Shown here piece by piece: positions 41,278-54,912 of a stretch of DNA of 64,000 nt; position 1 is the stretch's first letter; each line of letters begins with the position of its first letter. The notes below the pieces were generated by a model that was given only the letters and a program-made list of their open reading frames with translations, searched no databases and was not told the origin of the DNA. This stretch comes from Octopus vulgaris (lineage: Eukaryota), in NCBI GenBank assembly GCA_951406725.2, contig OX597816.1:50220001-50284000 (forward strand), in the 5' to 3' direction. A program made the translations under genes and the position numbers.

Positions 41278-42523
41278 TATAAATATTCTTCTTGGCTTAT
41301 ATATGTAGCATTTGTAAAAAAAATCAGGTAATTTTACTGATAACTGCATTTCAACATTACATAAAGTCAGTGCTTTAGCACGTAATTATTTAGTCATTGA
41401 CATAAATGGTCTACTGGTCTGCCTTATTAATTACTCATCGGTAAACCTATTTCTGTGCAGACTATATGCGGGCTAAATACATTTTTATTAGAATTTTTCT
41501 TTTCCTAATAAAACAATAATAACATATATACAGCTGCATATCAGTTGAAATTTGTTCAATTCCGAAGTCATTTTCTTAATTTAGCTACAGATGTTTCCGT
41601 TTAAAAATCAATAGTTTTTGGAAGCATGTGCTATTTTTCAATTTTTAATATCAATAATTTTATTTTATTTTGACTTAAATAGAGCTAACAATTTATAATT
41701 GAGAATTTTCTTAACAATTCGTCTATGTGAGCCGTTTGTGGGTGAGGTTCATTAACGTTGCTATTGTGTTAAGTCAGGTGAGCAACAGGAATATTTATAA
41801 ATTTGCTGGACCCATTGACTGGTGTCACTGATGCATCATAGGCCCAGCCTGAAATAACTTGCTTGCTAATAACTGCATGTTAAGTCTATATCACGAACAT
41901 CAATTTAATACTTGTGAAAGAGCGAAATCAACGAAATATAGACTGTCATGGTAAACGCAATAATTCGCCGCAAATTGAAAGAAAAATTAATAGCGCCAGT
42001 ACGAGTTTCTTTACGTAACTAAAGAACTTAAATATCAATCAACTAGCAAGGAAAAAGTACTTCAACTTTCAGTTGATGTCCGTATGACAGCATTGAAAAA
42101 TATGAATATTGGTACATTAAACATTTTCCCTTCATTAGTGAGTAAGTATGTGTTAGGAGTAGCGCATACGTGTCTATAATATACGTGAGTGAATTAATAT
42201 ATATATATATGTCAATAGATTAAAGGCAATTAACTTTCAATGATGTTAATATTAGATCGTCTTCCAAGGAAAATAGGTATAATTTTGAAACATGAGTTTT
42301 AGCGAGATACTATAGAAAATCTTATTGTCGTATTATTTTCATTGAGATAGAGAAACATAAATAAATACTTGGATATAAAAAGAAAATTGTCATTATTTAC
42401 AGCGAAACACATTGACGTTGCATTAGGCTTATTGAGACCCCTGTGAAAGGTATTTCCGATTATACTGCGAATGAAGACATTGATAATATACGATAATTCA
42501 GAAACGATGTGACCATGGAATCT

Positions 42524-42583
<60 letters not shown>

Positions 42584-42705
42584 ATATGTATGTATGTATG
42601 TATATGCGTGTGTGTGTCTACGTGTTTATGTGTGTACGAGCGTGTGTCTATGTGTGTGCGTGCTTGTTTATATGTATATGTACATACATATATATATATA
42701 TGCAT

Positions 42706-42800
<95 letters not shown>

Positions 42801-42809
42801 ACGTATATA

Positions 42810-42969
42810 TATCCATTCTAGCAAAAACTGTCCCATGAACGGCAACGGGAAACTCAGAGTAACAGGTTTTGTTGAATTTTCTTCTGCTTTAAATAAAGCA
42901 TATTACTCTACCACTGGTATTATTTAATTACTCTTTTCCCACCTTGATTCACATTTATGTGTTTACTCC

Positions 42970-42972
<3 letters not shown>
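42810..42972 (+). mobile_element. Short pLTR-type fragment between (TA)n tracts with degenerate hammerhead
   Basis: ctgt-cccATGA-acggcaacgg-GAAA-ctc a gag-TA-acag at 42828-42865. Confidence 0.45.
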
Positions 42973-43016
<44 letters not shown>

Positions 43017-43642
43017 AATCTATTTATTTATACTCACACATATGTATGCAAAGCAGAGGTATTGAATTGCTTTAGTAAGAAGTTTATGCATACGTACATA
43101 TGTATCTATGTAGGCATATATATACGTAGGTATATACACACACACATACACGTACAAACGTACTACAATATTGTGGAAGTTGACTATTTCAGTTCACACG
43201 CTAATAATCAGATTGAGTGTCAACTGAAAAACGACTGAATAAAAGTTGTGTTAATGATTTCTTGAGGCAACATGAAAGCACTGACTAATGTAGTGCAACG
43301 CTTCCGGTTCATTATGATGATTATATCAGGTCTATAAATCTACAGTTAGATCTCATAATTTGTAAATCTCCGCTTCGTTTCATTCTTTTTATTTTATTAT
43401 TTCTTAATTCGAACTAAATATTCCAGTTGCTTCTTATGGATGTTGAGTGAGAACAGTAGGCATTGTTTGGTTCAATTCGAGCATGATATACTAAGGACGG
43501 TTTCATATAATAATTGTCAACACATTATCCTAAAATATTATATTACTAAATAGCGGTAAAGCATGTCAATTGTCAAGTATCTTGATATTGATGTGTATTT
43601 CGGAAACTATTTTTCAATACTATTTAAATGTAGTATTTAATG

Positions 43643-43701
<59 letters not shown>

Positions 43702-44336
43702 CTAAGAAGTGGCAATCGTATTGTGGTAATAACGTTGTTGGGGAATTGAAATGAATCAATGAAACAAAAAGAGGGAAGATGATTCATGCATTTCAGCGTT
43801 GTTTCAGCACTACATGCTTGGCTAATTTAAAATTTATATCACATGAGGGCATTCTTTTATGGTATAATTATAGACACGTAGAAATAATATGTTTCTAAAT
43901 CTCTGAGAGAGATTTATGCAGTAGTAGCACGATATAGTGATAGCATGTTATCAACTTAATGTGGAATTCCCATAAAAGGGAAGAATGCTACTGTTATTTA
44001 GCCCTAGGAAACACCGTTTCCTGGTGGGCTGAAACGCATTTCCTATGTCTTAATGTTTCCAAAGTAAGTTTTTAAAGAAGACACGTATGCTAATAAATAC
44101 TTAGTATTGTATCGGCTAAACGATATTCAACATTGCTCAACTGTCAGAGGTGGAAACATTCACAGGGCATGTGTGCGAGAATTTACCAAACAGCATGCTC
44201 TAGAAAGAAGATGGAGAAATTACAGTTTGTACGAAATTATTCACCGAAACGTACAAAACATTAAGCATAATTTGTTTAGTGAGGTCATTCAATGGATTCA
44301 TGTTTATAGTTATATACACATATACATACACACACA

Positions 44337-44451
<115 letters not shown>

Positions 44452-44933
44452 ATGTGTGTGTATGTACATTTATAAATGTATATATGTAAGTATGTATACA
44501 TATGCATGTGTATATGTATGTGTATACGAATGTATATATATATAGCATTAAGCATTATAAGGAGTAGTCTTAGGGAAAACGAAAGGATATTCTAAGTATT
44601 ATAGCATTCTGTTAAAAAAATGTTACAGGCGCAGTTGAAACCCACTTAGAAATAATCTACTAGATATTAATGAATTCAACTATCAGAGTCAGTGTCACAT
44701 CGAGTCTTCTTGAAAATAATTAGTTCTACTGAAGAGAGCATTCCAAGTTCTTTATAAACAATAAAATATTCATTGCTTCATGTCAAGTTTACATATTGCA
44801 TAATAAATACATTGTCAGTATAATGTTAAACAAAAAAATAGTGTCTTATATTACTTGACAAAATGATTAATATACGTCATCAGACCCAGATACATGCAGG
44901 ACTTAGATACAAATATGAATATCCGGGCTGATA

Positions 44934-44997
<64 letters not shown>

Positions 44998-45001
<4 letters not shown>

Positions 45002-45110
45002 GGCCTGCTCACTTAGCCAGCGGGGTGGCGTTATTCGAAGGCTAAAACAATGCGAACGCATTGTGACCAGCTATGTGTAACAGCATCTGATGGTCTGGTC
45101 GGTCACGTGA
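44998..45110 (+). mobile_element. Probable SINE tail fragment between (TA)n tracts
   Basis: GC-rich ~110 bp island ending ggtcggtcacgtga; family assignment by recollection only. Confidence 0.4.
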
Positions 45111-45132
45111 TATATATATATACCTATTTCTC

Positions 45133-45186
<54 letters not shown>

Positions 45187-45343
45187 AATACATACATGTT
45201 GCTATTATGCAAAAGCGTCCTAATTTCAAAATGGTGCTTTTTCAGGAAAACGAAAACAAAATTTCACTAATTCCATTACCTTTTACATTGGCCCAAAAAA
45301 TACGCGTTTGGCCAATTTTAGTCATACGACAGTTTAATATAAA

Positions 45344-45425
<82 letters not shown>

Positions 45426-45923
45426 AAAATTAACGACTGTCGTTAGACGCTGGGGGTGCAGGGTAGCACCTATATTGCATGAAATAAGACCCTTATAGCC
45501 ACAAAACGCACATTTTCTGTGTACTGTCAGGGGAGATAACCATTCCACAGTGACATATATATATATAAAACCATCATATGGTTCATAACATTATAATGTG
45601 CATTTCAAAACTCCTCTACATTTATTGGCATCCGTGCTATCCTACGGTTTGAATACTTTCACTGCATATGCATGTGAAAATCTGTTAGCGTATGCAGAAT
45701 TCATATCAAAAACAATATCATACAGGATGCAATGAATAGTCTTTAATCCATTTCACACAGCAAACGTTTCTTTTATTTAACAGATATATTTTACATATTG
45801 TTATATAAATATAGAGAAAAGTTCCAGCAATATTTGTGCACTCGCACATCATCAGCCGAATGACGTTGAGAGTACCACTGGATCACTTAGTCTTCCTGTT
45901 CTATAAATATATTCTCGCTTTCG

Positions 45924-46126
45924 TATAATACTCCCTCGACTATCGTGGGTGTTACGTTCCGAATCCCCCTCGCGATAGTTGAAAATCCGCGAAGTAAAAA
46001 CAATACTGCACTGTATTTTTTTACTATTTTATTATTTTGCATATATTCATTTTATTATACATGCAAAACAACAACACGGCGGGGGAATCGACGTAAGTTT
46101 AAATAATAAACCGCGATATGGCTGTA
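45924..46126. mobile_element. Tigger/pogo-like MITE remnant
   Basis: Left end ta..atactccctcgactatcgtggg.gttacgttcc...cgcgatag.tgaaaatccgcgaag is typical of Tigger-type termini; right end ccgcgata..gctgTA. Confidence 0.55.
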
Positions 46127-46807
46127 TTCCTCTGATAAATTCCTATAACAAATGAGAGCATATGAGGTTTTCTGGAGTTCTTGGGTCACAAAATGGTCGC
46201 TAAATATAAGAATTAAATAGTCCCTAAATATAACAATAGATTTACTATGTAAAATTCTCGAAGCATAAAAATGTACAAAAATGTATGTGCGCCTTGTTCT
46301 TTACTGTTGCTTCTTCTTATTCGTCTGATAACAAAAAATCCATGGCAATTCTTGGGCTAAATGGTAACATTCCTAATTCAGTGAATACTAAGTAAAGACT
46401 AAAATGTTAGAATTTTTTTTCAGTGTCCATATATTGTAGGTTTGGCGTAGTAGCCTGATTAGTTTTCCAGGATCTTATATTAATTGGAAAATAGTTGTTA
46501 TTTCCCTTCTGCTCAACCCAGCTATGTTTATTATGGGCGTACCAAAGAGATTCACTAGACACACATAAAGATACATATATACACAACTTCGTATGTATAT
46601 CTATTTTCGCCTATCTGTATGTATCTGTGGGAGAATGAGTTTATATAATTGCGTATATTCACTGTTATTCAATGTATATTTTACTGTATATTTACCGATT
46701 CCCAACAACATAATTATAGTATTATTTCAGTTTAATAGGTTGTTATGTGATGATAATTATCTATTTATACACGCCGCATACATACGATTATATATACATA
46801 TATATGC

Positions 46808-46860
<53 letters not shown>

Positions 46861-46942
46861 TATCTATCTATCTATATATGTATATATATATATATATATG
46901 TACATACATATATATATTTATCCATACATGTATGCATATAAA

Positions 46943-47025
<83 letters not shown>

Positions 47026-47078
47026 TCCTACACACACATATGTACATATATATATACATATATTCATGCCTACATTTA

Positions 47079-47184
<106 letters not shown>

Positions 47185-47613
47185 TTCATGCCTACATTTA
47201 TACATGTATGTATGTAGCTATCTATATATTTATGTATGATGTTTGTTTCTCAGTTTGTGTATGCATGTATTTATATTTGTGTATGTATATATTCACTTAG
47301 TTTATGTTTTAATTGTAATTGGACTGCAACATCAACGATATAATTGAAGATAGATTTGATTCTCGTCAGCGAACCCTTTCATTATTTGTTGCTGATTGCC
47401 AGGCTCTCGGGAATAATTGTTATAAGCCTTTGAATAGGAGTAATAAAAATAGGGAGGTCAGAAGGAAACGATGAAAAGAAATATTAATACATAGTTATTA
47501 TAGATGTACTTTTATTGTAAGAAGTGAGCCATACCTGGTCATTCAGTGTGCTAGAAACAACAAACTGGTATTTATAAAATCATACGCTATTGTCTTATAT
47601 GAAGCTAAACCTA

Positions 47614-49264
47614 CAGTGGCTTGCAAAAGTCTACACTCCCTTTGAAAATTTATGCATTTTGTATAATTTAACAGGGAACAACACATTTTTTCAATTCCAA
47701 TGATTGTTAAATAATAAGCAGATCCATCACACTTTCCTTTGATATAAAAATTACATTTTAAAAATTTCACACTGATTCTTAAAATCATATAAATTACAAA
47801 AAATGTCTTTGGAAAAGTCTACACCCACCAGATATTATACTGTGTTATCAGGTAGTTTGTCATTGATGTATACAATCCAAAACAATCAAAAGTGACATGT
47901 GCCTTCTACCATAACAAACTTGGCCAGTCTAGTATTTTGCTATATAAGGTGATTTAACTGCCTACAAAATTAGTCACCACATGGATTTTTTTTGGTATGT
48001 TGTTCTTTGAACTCTGTCTGTAAACACAAGGTGTCCAACTCGGGAAAGAAAATGGGCAAGCCTCTGTCTCAGGAACTTAAAAACCTTATTATTCAAAAGT
48101 ACAATGAAAATAATGGCTATAAAAAAGATTGCAAAAACTTTAGAATTGCCCCTAAGCACAAAACCATTGCTACCCTACAAAGATCTGGGAGACCGAGCAA
48201 AGTTACCAGAAGAGCAAAGTCAAAAGTGATCCGGTAGGCAACCTCCAACCCTAGTACAACACTGGAAGACTTGAAAGCTTCAGTTTCCAGTACTGGGACA
48301 GATGTCAATGCATCTCCAATTTCCAGAGAATTGCACCGGTCTGGGCTGCAAGGGAGGGTAGCTAAAAAATGCTCTTTCTGAAGCTTATACACAAGCAAGC
48401 TTCGCTAAACTTTGCCAAAAGTCAGATTAATGATTTCATGACCATGTGACGAAAGATTTTGTTGTCAGGTGAGACCAAAGTCGAATTATTTGGAAATAAT
48501 AAAAACGCTACTTTTTGCGTAAAAAATGTACTGCTCACCATCCTCGTTACACCGTCCACACTGTAAAGCACGGCGGTGGCTCGATCATGCTTTGGGACTG
48601 TTTTTCAGCTGCAGGGCCTGGAGAGTTGGTAACCATCCAAGGTATCATAGACAGTGTCAAGTACCAAGAAATATCGGAGGCAAACCTGCTGAAGTCTGCT
48701 AGAGCTCTGCGCTTGGGTCGCAATTTCAAGTTTCAACAAGATAATGACCCCAAGCATGTGTCAAAAAACACTAAAGCTTGGTTTGCTATCAAGAAAATCA
48801 TAGTTTAGGAGTGACCCAGCCAGTCCTCTCACCTCACTCCTATAGAAAATCAATGGCGAGATCTAAAGCTGTCTATGCACCGACGTTCCTTAACCTATCT
48901 GACATAGTTCGAGAAGTTCTGCCATGAAAAATGACGAAAACTGTCAGCAGACCACTGCAGCAAGCTCCTGGATGTCTACCCGACGCGTCTGAAGGCTGTA
49001 ATTGATGCGGCAGGATCATCCACAAAATATTAGCTGAAGACATTCCAAAGGTGGTGTAGACTTTTGAAAAGACATATTTCAAAAATATATTTGTTTAAGT
49101 ATCAGTTTTAAATGTTTCAAATGCTTTTTTTTGCGTATTAAATGAAAGTGTTATAGATCTGCCTATTAAAACAAATTATTGGAGTTTAAAATAGATATTG
49201 TTCCTATCAAAATAAACAAAACACATCAAGTTTCCAAGGAGGTGTAGACATTTGCAAGGTGCTG
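47614..49264 (+). mobile_element. Full-length Tc1-family DNA transposon with IR/DR-type long TIRs and TA TSD
   Basis: TA|cagtggcttgcaaaagtctacac...gtgtagacatttgcaaggtgctg|TA; inner repeats of aaaagtctacac at ~47813 and ~49054. Confidence 0.95.
48052..49033 (+). pseudogene. Tc1 DD34E transposase, inactivated
   Basis: MGKPLSQELK, RSGRPSK, ETKVELFG, TVKHGGGSIMLW.CFS, FQQDNDPKH, PSQSSHLTPIENQW, TKY*; several stops and frameshifts. Confidence 0.93.
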
Positions 49265-49681
49265 TATTTCTGTAAATAGAATATGACTTTTACTTTAACG
49301 ATACTGATATAACCGATTTTGAAAGTTTCTGAAATTTATTTTCTAACGATAACAAATCTTTGGTTTAATCTCAGTGCATTGTAGTTTAAAACTTGAAGTA
49401 GAGAACAGTTGTAAACAAAATTTAGTTATTTTCTTAAACAGAATAGTTTGCACCTGTTAGTCTAGAATTCGATTTGCCTGGTTTGAAAATATACTTATAT
49501 TATCTACATATGTTGATTAGACATAAGCCGAATATAGCAACATTCTGACTGCATGGTAAGGATTAATTTGATTCAGTCCCTTTGCATTATAAAATATCCA
49601 GAAAACCTAAATTCTTATGCGTCCTCAATTCGTATGTGAAATACAAGAACTGCGTTTTATTGCCACTGATGAGATACAACA

Positions 49682-49907
49682 GCTAAATTTTGTTTACACC
49701 TTTTCTCTACATCAAGTTTTAAACTACAATACACTGTTGAAACCAAAGATTTGTTATCATTAGAAAATAAATTTTAAAAACTTTCAAATCGGTTATATCA
49801 GTATCGTTAAAGTAAGTCATATAATTTTTAATAGAAATACAGTGCCTTGCAAACGTCTACACCTCCTTGGAAACTGGATGTATTTTACTTATTTTGATAG
49901 GAACAAT
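49682..49907 (-). repeat. Inverted duplicate of 49197-49427 (Tc1 right end plus flank)
   Basis: Reverse-complement match; bracketed by a 30-bp direct repeat at 49655-49684 and 49913-49942. Confidence 0.9.
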
Positions 49908-50334
49908 TAATATTTTATTGCCACTGATGAGATGCAACAGCTTGCTTGTGACGCTCTTTACATATTCTGAAAATCCTATGGGTTTGGTCAATAAAAGGAC
50001 AAAAACACTAGTGTGAAATATTGTTTCTTTGCACAACACACTAAAGATATATGCGAAAAATATGGAAGACGGGAAGAAAAGATTTAGTCTATTTGAAACA
50101 TTCACGAAGGACCGGTAAATAGTTTGGGGCTATTATAAATCTTCTTAGATGATTATAAACCGAGCGAAAATGGCTGCTCTTCATCGAAGGGTATAACGAG
50201 TTTATTCCGCCACAGTTATCAAAACTAATGGTTGAATAAGCTGTGAGGGGGAAATTAACGACACAGTCAACACTCATACTTCTTAATGCACGCAGACACA
50301 CAGGCACACGCAAAGATTTATGCAAACATTAGTA

Positions 50335-50440
<106 letters not shown>

Positions 50441-50635
50441 ATGGTGAATAAATTATCCTAGTATGGATAATTCAGTTAACCGATACCTGGGTAGAAAATT
50501 CACGTCAGAAATCACGGTTGAATCTATATGCCAAGGGCAGGGATCCCGTGTTCTCGTGTGTAAATTTGTGTGCTTTTTTAACTATGAATAAATGAAAGAA
50601 TGGAGTCGAACGACGATTTTAACAAAATTCCTTTA

Positions 50636-50718
50636 CTCTCGACACATGTTTCGAAGGCTGCATATTCCTAATTCCGAAGGAATAAAGGGTGCATTATGCC
50701 GCCATCTCATCAGGAAAG
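50636..50718 (-). ncRNA. Type I hammerhead ribozyme, canonical core
   Basis: ctttc-CUGAUGA-gatggc...gccttc-GAAA-catgtg-UC-gagag. Confidence 0.82.
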
Positions 50719-51220
50719 ACAAGGAACTTACGTCAGCACCATGAAGAGCAAAAACTTTTAGATGACTGCCCACATGATGTCCACAGTAATAATGAGTGTT
50801 TCTTTAAAATATCCCGTTATAAGCAATGACGTCAAAGTTGGTTGGATGGAGAATGTTCTAAAGAGTTCAAGAGTTCAAATTTGGTTGGGAGGAGAAAGCT
50901 CTAGGAAGGGGATAGAGTGCAAGCTGTATTGTATGGGGATGCGTTGGTGTATTCTATTGTTAATGAGTTTGAGTGCTTGTGTGTGTATGTATATAACTGG
51001 ATTCGTGCCTGTGTGTGTGTGCGTGACTGTGTGTGTAGGGTGACAAATGTCAGAAACATTTAGTAGTGAGGTGACAGATTTGTGTCTGTGTGTTCGATTG
51101 AGGGTATGATAGAGAGATAGGGAGAAAGAGAGAGAGGTGGCGAGATACAAAGAAAAAGAGGAAAACATATCCCAACAAATTTAGTAGTAATTCTTCATGT
51201 AACGTAGTATAAAAAAAGAA

Positions 51221-52436
51221 GGATCTTTTCATTTCCAAGGCCTGTTTTTTCAGATTTTTCCTACTAAACCAAACAATTTGAAACTTCGTATACTGGTAGA
51301 ATGTGTCAAAAGAAAACATAATTGTAAACCAGAATTAAAACGGAATTGTAATTTCAAAGTTTAACGTTGTTTAATAATTAGAATTTTAACCAATGGTATT
51401 CGGTCTTTCGGCTTCATATTATTTACTCCGTCTCAATAGACGTAAACGGCTATTTTGCTGACGTATTTAACATACGTGAAATGTAAACACTCGGTTACCG
51501 TATTCCTTCAGTTTCTATTCACATTTTTTAAATATATTATTAACTAACTTATATATTAAACTTATATATTATATAACTAACTTAGTTTTTGTAAATTTTC
51601 GTATATTTTTTGTGATTTTTATTCCTTACTTTATTCGTGTAACTTTTATTTCTGTAACTTTTTATCTTTGGCAATCTTTCGTATGTGTGTGTATGTATGT
51701 GTGTGTATGTATGTGTGTGTATGTGTGTGTATGTATGTATGTATGGCCGATTCAGTGTTTACATTATTTCGAGTTAAAACGAAAGATTACCTTTGCTATG
51801 TAGAAAATAATGAGGTTGACTCAATGGAATAATGACAGTGATCGAAGATATAGACCAATTTATTTTTGGTAATCTTTCGTTTTAACTCGAAATGTAAACA
51901 CTGAATCGGCCATACATACATACACACACACACACATACATACACACACATACATATACACACACACATACATAGATACATACACAAACACACACATACA
52001 TGTATACATACATATACACATACACCGAGTAAAAAAATTCAGTTATCTCTCTCTTTCACACATTACTCTCTCTGTCTCTTCACACACACTAACAGAAGTA
52101 CTTCACTTACACAACATACTTTCTGTCTCCCACACCCCATCAGACACACACACACGCACACAAAACACAGACCTACGCACAGCTGTCTACGTCACAAAAT
52201 AGCTTTCTACGTCACACTAAGATAATGCAGTTAATTATTTCAAATGAAAACAAACAATACGATTGGTTAAAATTCGCAAATTTAATCTACCCTTAAAGTT
52301 ATAAAATACATTTTTCTCAAATAAACAAGTTGAAACTAGTGTTTTCTTTTGAGACACTCTACCAGTATACGAAGTTTCAAATTATTTAATTAACTAGGAA
52401 AATCTGACAAAACAGGCCTTGGAAATGAAAAGATCC
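51221..52436. mobile_element. Non-autonomous MULE/foldback-like DNA element with long TIRs and 9-bp TSD
   Basis: TIR ggatcttttcatttccaaggcctg... (over 100 bp) mirrored at the right end; aaaaaagaa at 51212-51220 and 52437-52445; inner inverted repeat ~51735-51790 / ~51868-51920. Confidence 0.85.
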
Positions 52437-52557
52437 AAAAAAGAAATTGTCGTCTATGGTGGTGTTGTTGAAGTGAAACTAAATTATTAAAATCAAAGAG
52501 GTTATCTATACTAATCATCATTCATAGGAGAGGAAAGTATTTCTCTGCCAATGTTTG

Positions 52558-52630
52558 CTGATGAGATGGCGGTATAATGCACCCTTTATTCCTTCGGAAT
52601 TAGGAATATGCAGCCTTCGAAACATGTGTC
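52558..52630 (+). ncRNA. Hammerhead core in inverted arm (stem I lost)
   Basis: CTGATGA-gatggc...gccttc-GAAA-catgtg-TC; flanks no longer pair. Confidence 0.6.
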
Positions 52631-52643
52631 GACTCCATTTTTC

Positions 52644-52722
<79 letters not shown>

Positions 52723-52919
52723 TGTATGTATGTATGTATGTATGGTGATGCAAATCGGAACCATAAACCTGCAAATGGGAGTATATGTATATGTTTATTA
52801 GTACGTAGCAGAAGCTACAGAGTGACTGGAGGTCTGCAAGGTTCATCTGTTGGCACTTATCAACGACACTCTCAGACCTTGATTCCCTGTGTTGCTTCTG
52901 TTAAATACATATATATATA

Positions 52920-53150
52920 TATAAAAATTAGAAAAAAACACCTTTTATCAATTCAAAATGAACATTTAAATTACACCATCTAGAAAATTACATATAATAG
53001 AAGTATATATATATAATTGCATTATAGAAGGTGTTTATAAGCCAGTTAAGAAACTTACAAAATCCGTTAGATTCGCATCATAATTTGAATTACATTTGTT
53101 AAAATATTTTCGTCGCTTAGAAACCGCGGTCTCAAAGCAACGAAAGTTCC
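52920..53150 (-). mobile_element. Probable pLTR-type fragment with degenerate hammerhead 3' half
   Basis: Minus strand ..TGA-gaccgc ggtttctaa gcgac-GAAA-atattt; terminus abuts a TA run. Confidence 0.35.
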
Positions 53151-53699
53151 AGCACACGATCTCAGGTCAGGTCACTTGCTATGCAAGTATATCTCCGTAA
53201 GATATATATATATATATATATAGATAGATATGCATGTGTGTATGTATTTATCTGTATATATGCGTAGATGGAAAGGTTGAGAGAGAGAGAGAGAGAGAGT
53301 GCGCGAGAGGGAGTGGGTTGTGATATTGCAAGAAGGGTTGACATATCATAGATGAGGACAAAGATACAACTATCAATGAATAAATGTATAAGGCAATTTT
53401 TTTACAACCTTTTAGCCCGTAAGCAGCATAAAACTTATTAAAAGTGATAGGATCATATAACCAATAAATTAAGAGACTAAAAGAAGGTTTAACGTATGTG
53501 CATGTGTGTGTTTGTTAGACTGTTTGTGTGTCTGTATGCGTGTATGTTTTTTCTGTGTGCTTATGTTTGTGTGTGCGAGCGTGAGCGCTTGCGTGCTGAG
53601 AAACGGGATCAAAAATAATTATAGCATAGATGTTAACAATTAGGGGATGATGGCATACATGAGATATTTTTTGAATCATCCTGTATTCACGGAGAACGC

Positions 53700-53816
<117 letters not shown>

Positions 53817-53880
53817 CATGTATATATATATGCATGATACATATATGATGTATGATATCGATATATGTGTTCATATGTGA

Positions 53881-53948
<68 letters not shown>

Positions 53949-54299
53949 ATGTATATGTATATATTCGCGGAAAAGTGTATAGAATATAAATCGACATCAC
54001 CGATGAATACATTGGGGAGCGTGGAAAAAAATTGAAATATATTATCACATCGGAAGATACATAGAAATGTCTATACACATAATTCTGCATGCGAAGCAAG
54101 TGTATATATACTTGCGTTTGATTGCGCGATTGTGGATGTGAGTGCATCTGGAAAATCTCTAATAAGTATCACAGTTTCCAATATGTTCTTTTTTTATTTT
54201 GTTTGTTTTATTGACACATCAGCAACATGATAATCATCAGAAATTTCCCCTCAAACCAACTACAATTACAGCATAACGCTTACACCGGCTTAGAATACA

Positions 54300-54409
54300 A
54301 CCATCACCACCAACAGAAGTACCATCATCACTGTCTTCAGAGTCGTCGTCTTCGCCGCCATCATCATCAGCATCAGCATTATTATCATCATCACCACCAT
54401 CACCAAAAC

Positions 54410-54459
<50 letters not shown>

Positions 54460-54499
54460 CCACCCAACCATCTTATTCATCATTATCACAACCACCATC

Positions 54500-54545
<46 letters not shown>

Positions 54546-54560
54546 CCAGCGTCATCATCA
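54300..54560. repeat. (CAT)n/(CAC)n microsatellite
   Basis: Directly visible. Confidence 0.97.
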
Positions 54561-54811
54561 CAGTAATGTAAGCATTATTGTTTCATCAGCTTCAATCCTC
54601 ATTATCGTCTGATTCATCAATATTACCGGCAGTAGCAAAGCCATTAACATAAGGATCAGTATCTCAATTATGAGATTACAAAAATATTCTACGCATACAC
54701 ATACACACACACAGACAAATGTGTCCATAAATGCATATAAGTGTGTATGTGTGTGTGCTATATTTCAACATACACGTCCATGTGTATATACCTACACACA
54801 CAAACACACAT

Positions 54812-54912
<101 letters not shown>

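Larger units (their letters stand above)
50441..52647 (-). mobile_element. Penelope-type pLTR element (1464 family) with inverted 5' arm, interrupted by a foldback transposon
   Basis: 50441-50870 matches 1464-1893; inverted hammerhead arm 52558-52647 shares variants (gatggc, catgtg) with 50636-50718; microsatellite at both ends. Confidence 0.75.

Noticed and set aside
44729-44760. CTGAAGA-gagc..gttc hammerhead 5' half
   Set aside because: GAAA strand absent; insufficient to call
50155-50192. Minus-strand cGATGAA-gagc..gctc resembling the 8-nt core variants
   Set aside because: No GAAA or stem III follows; too degenerate
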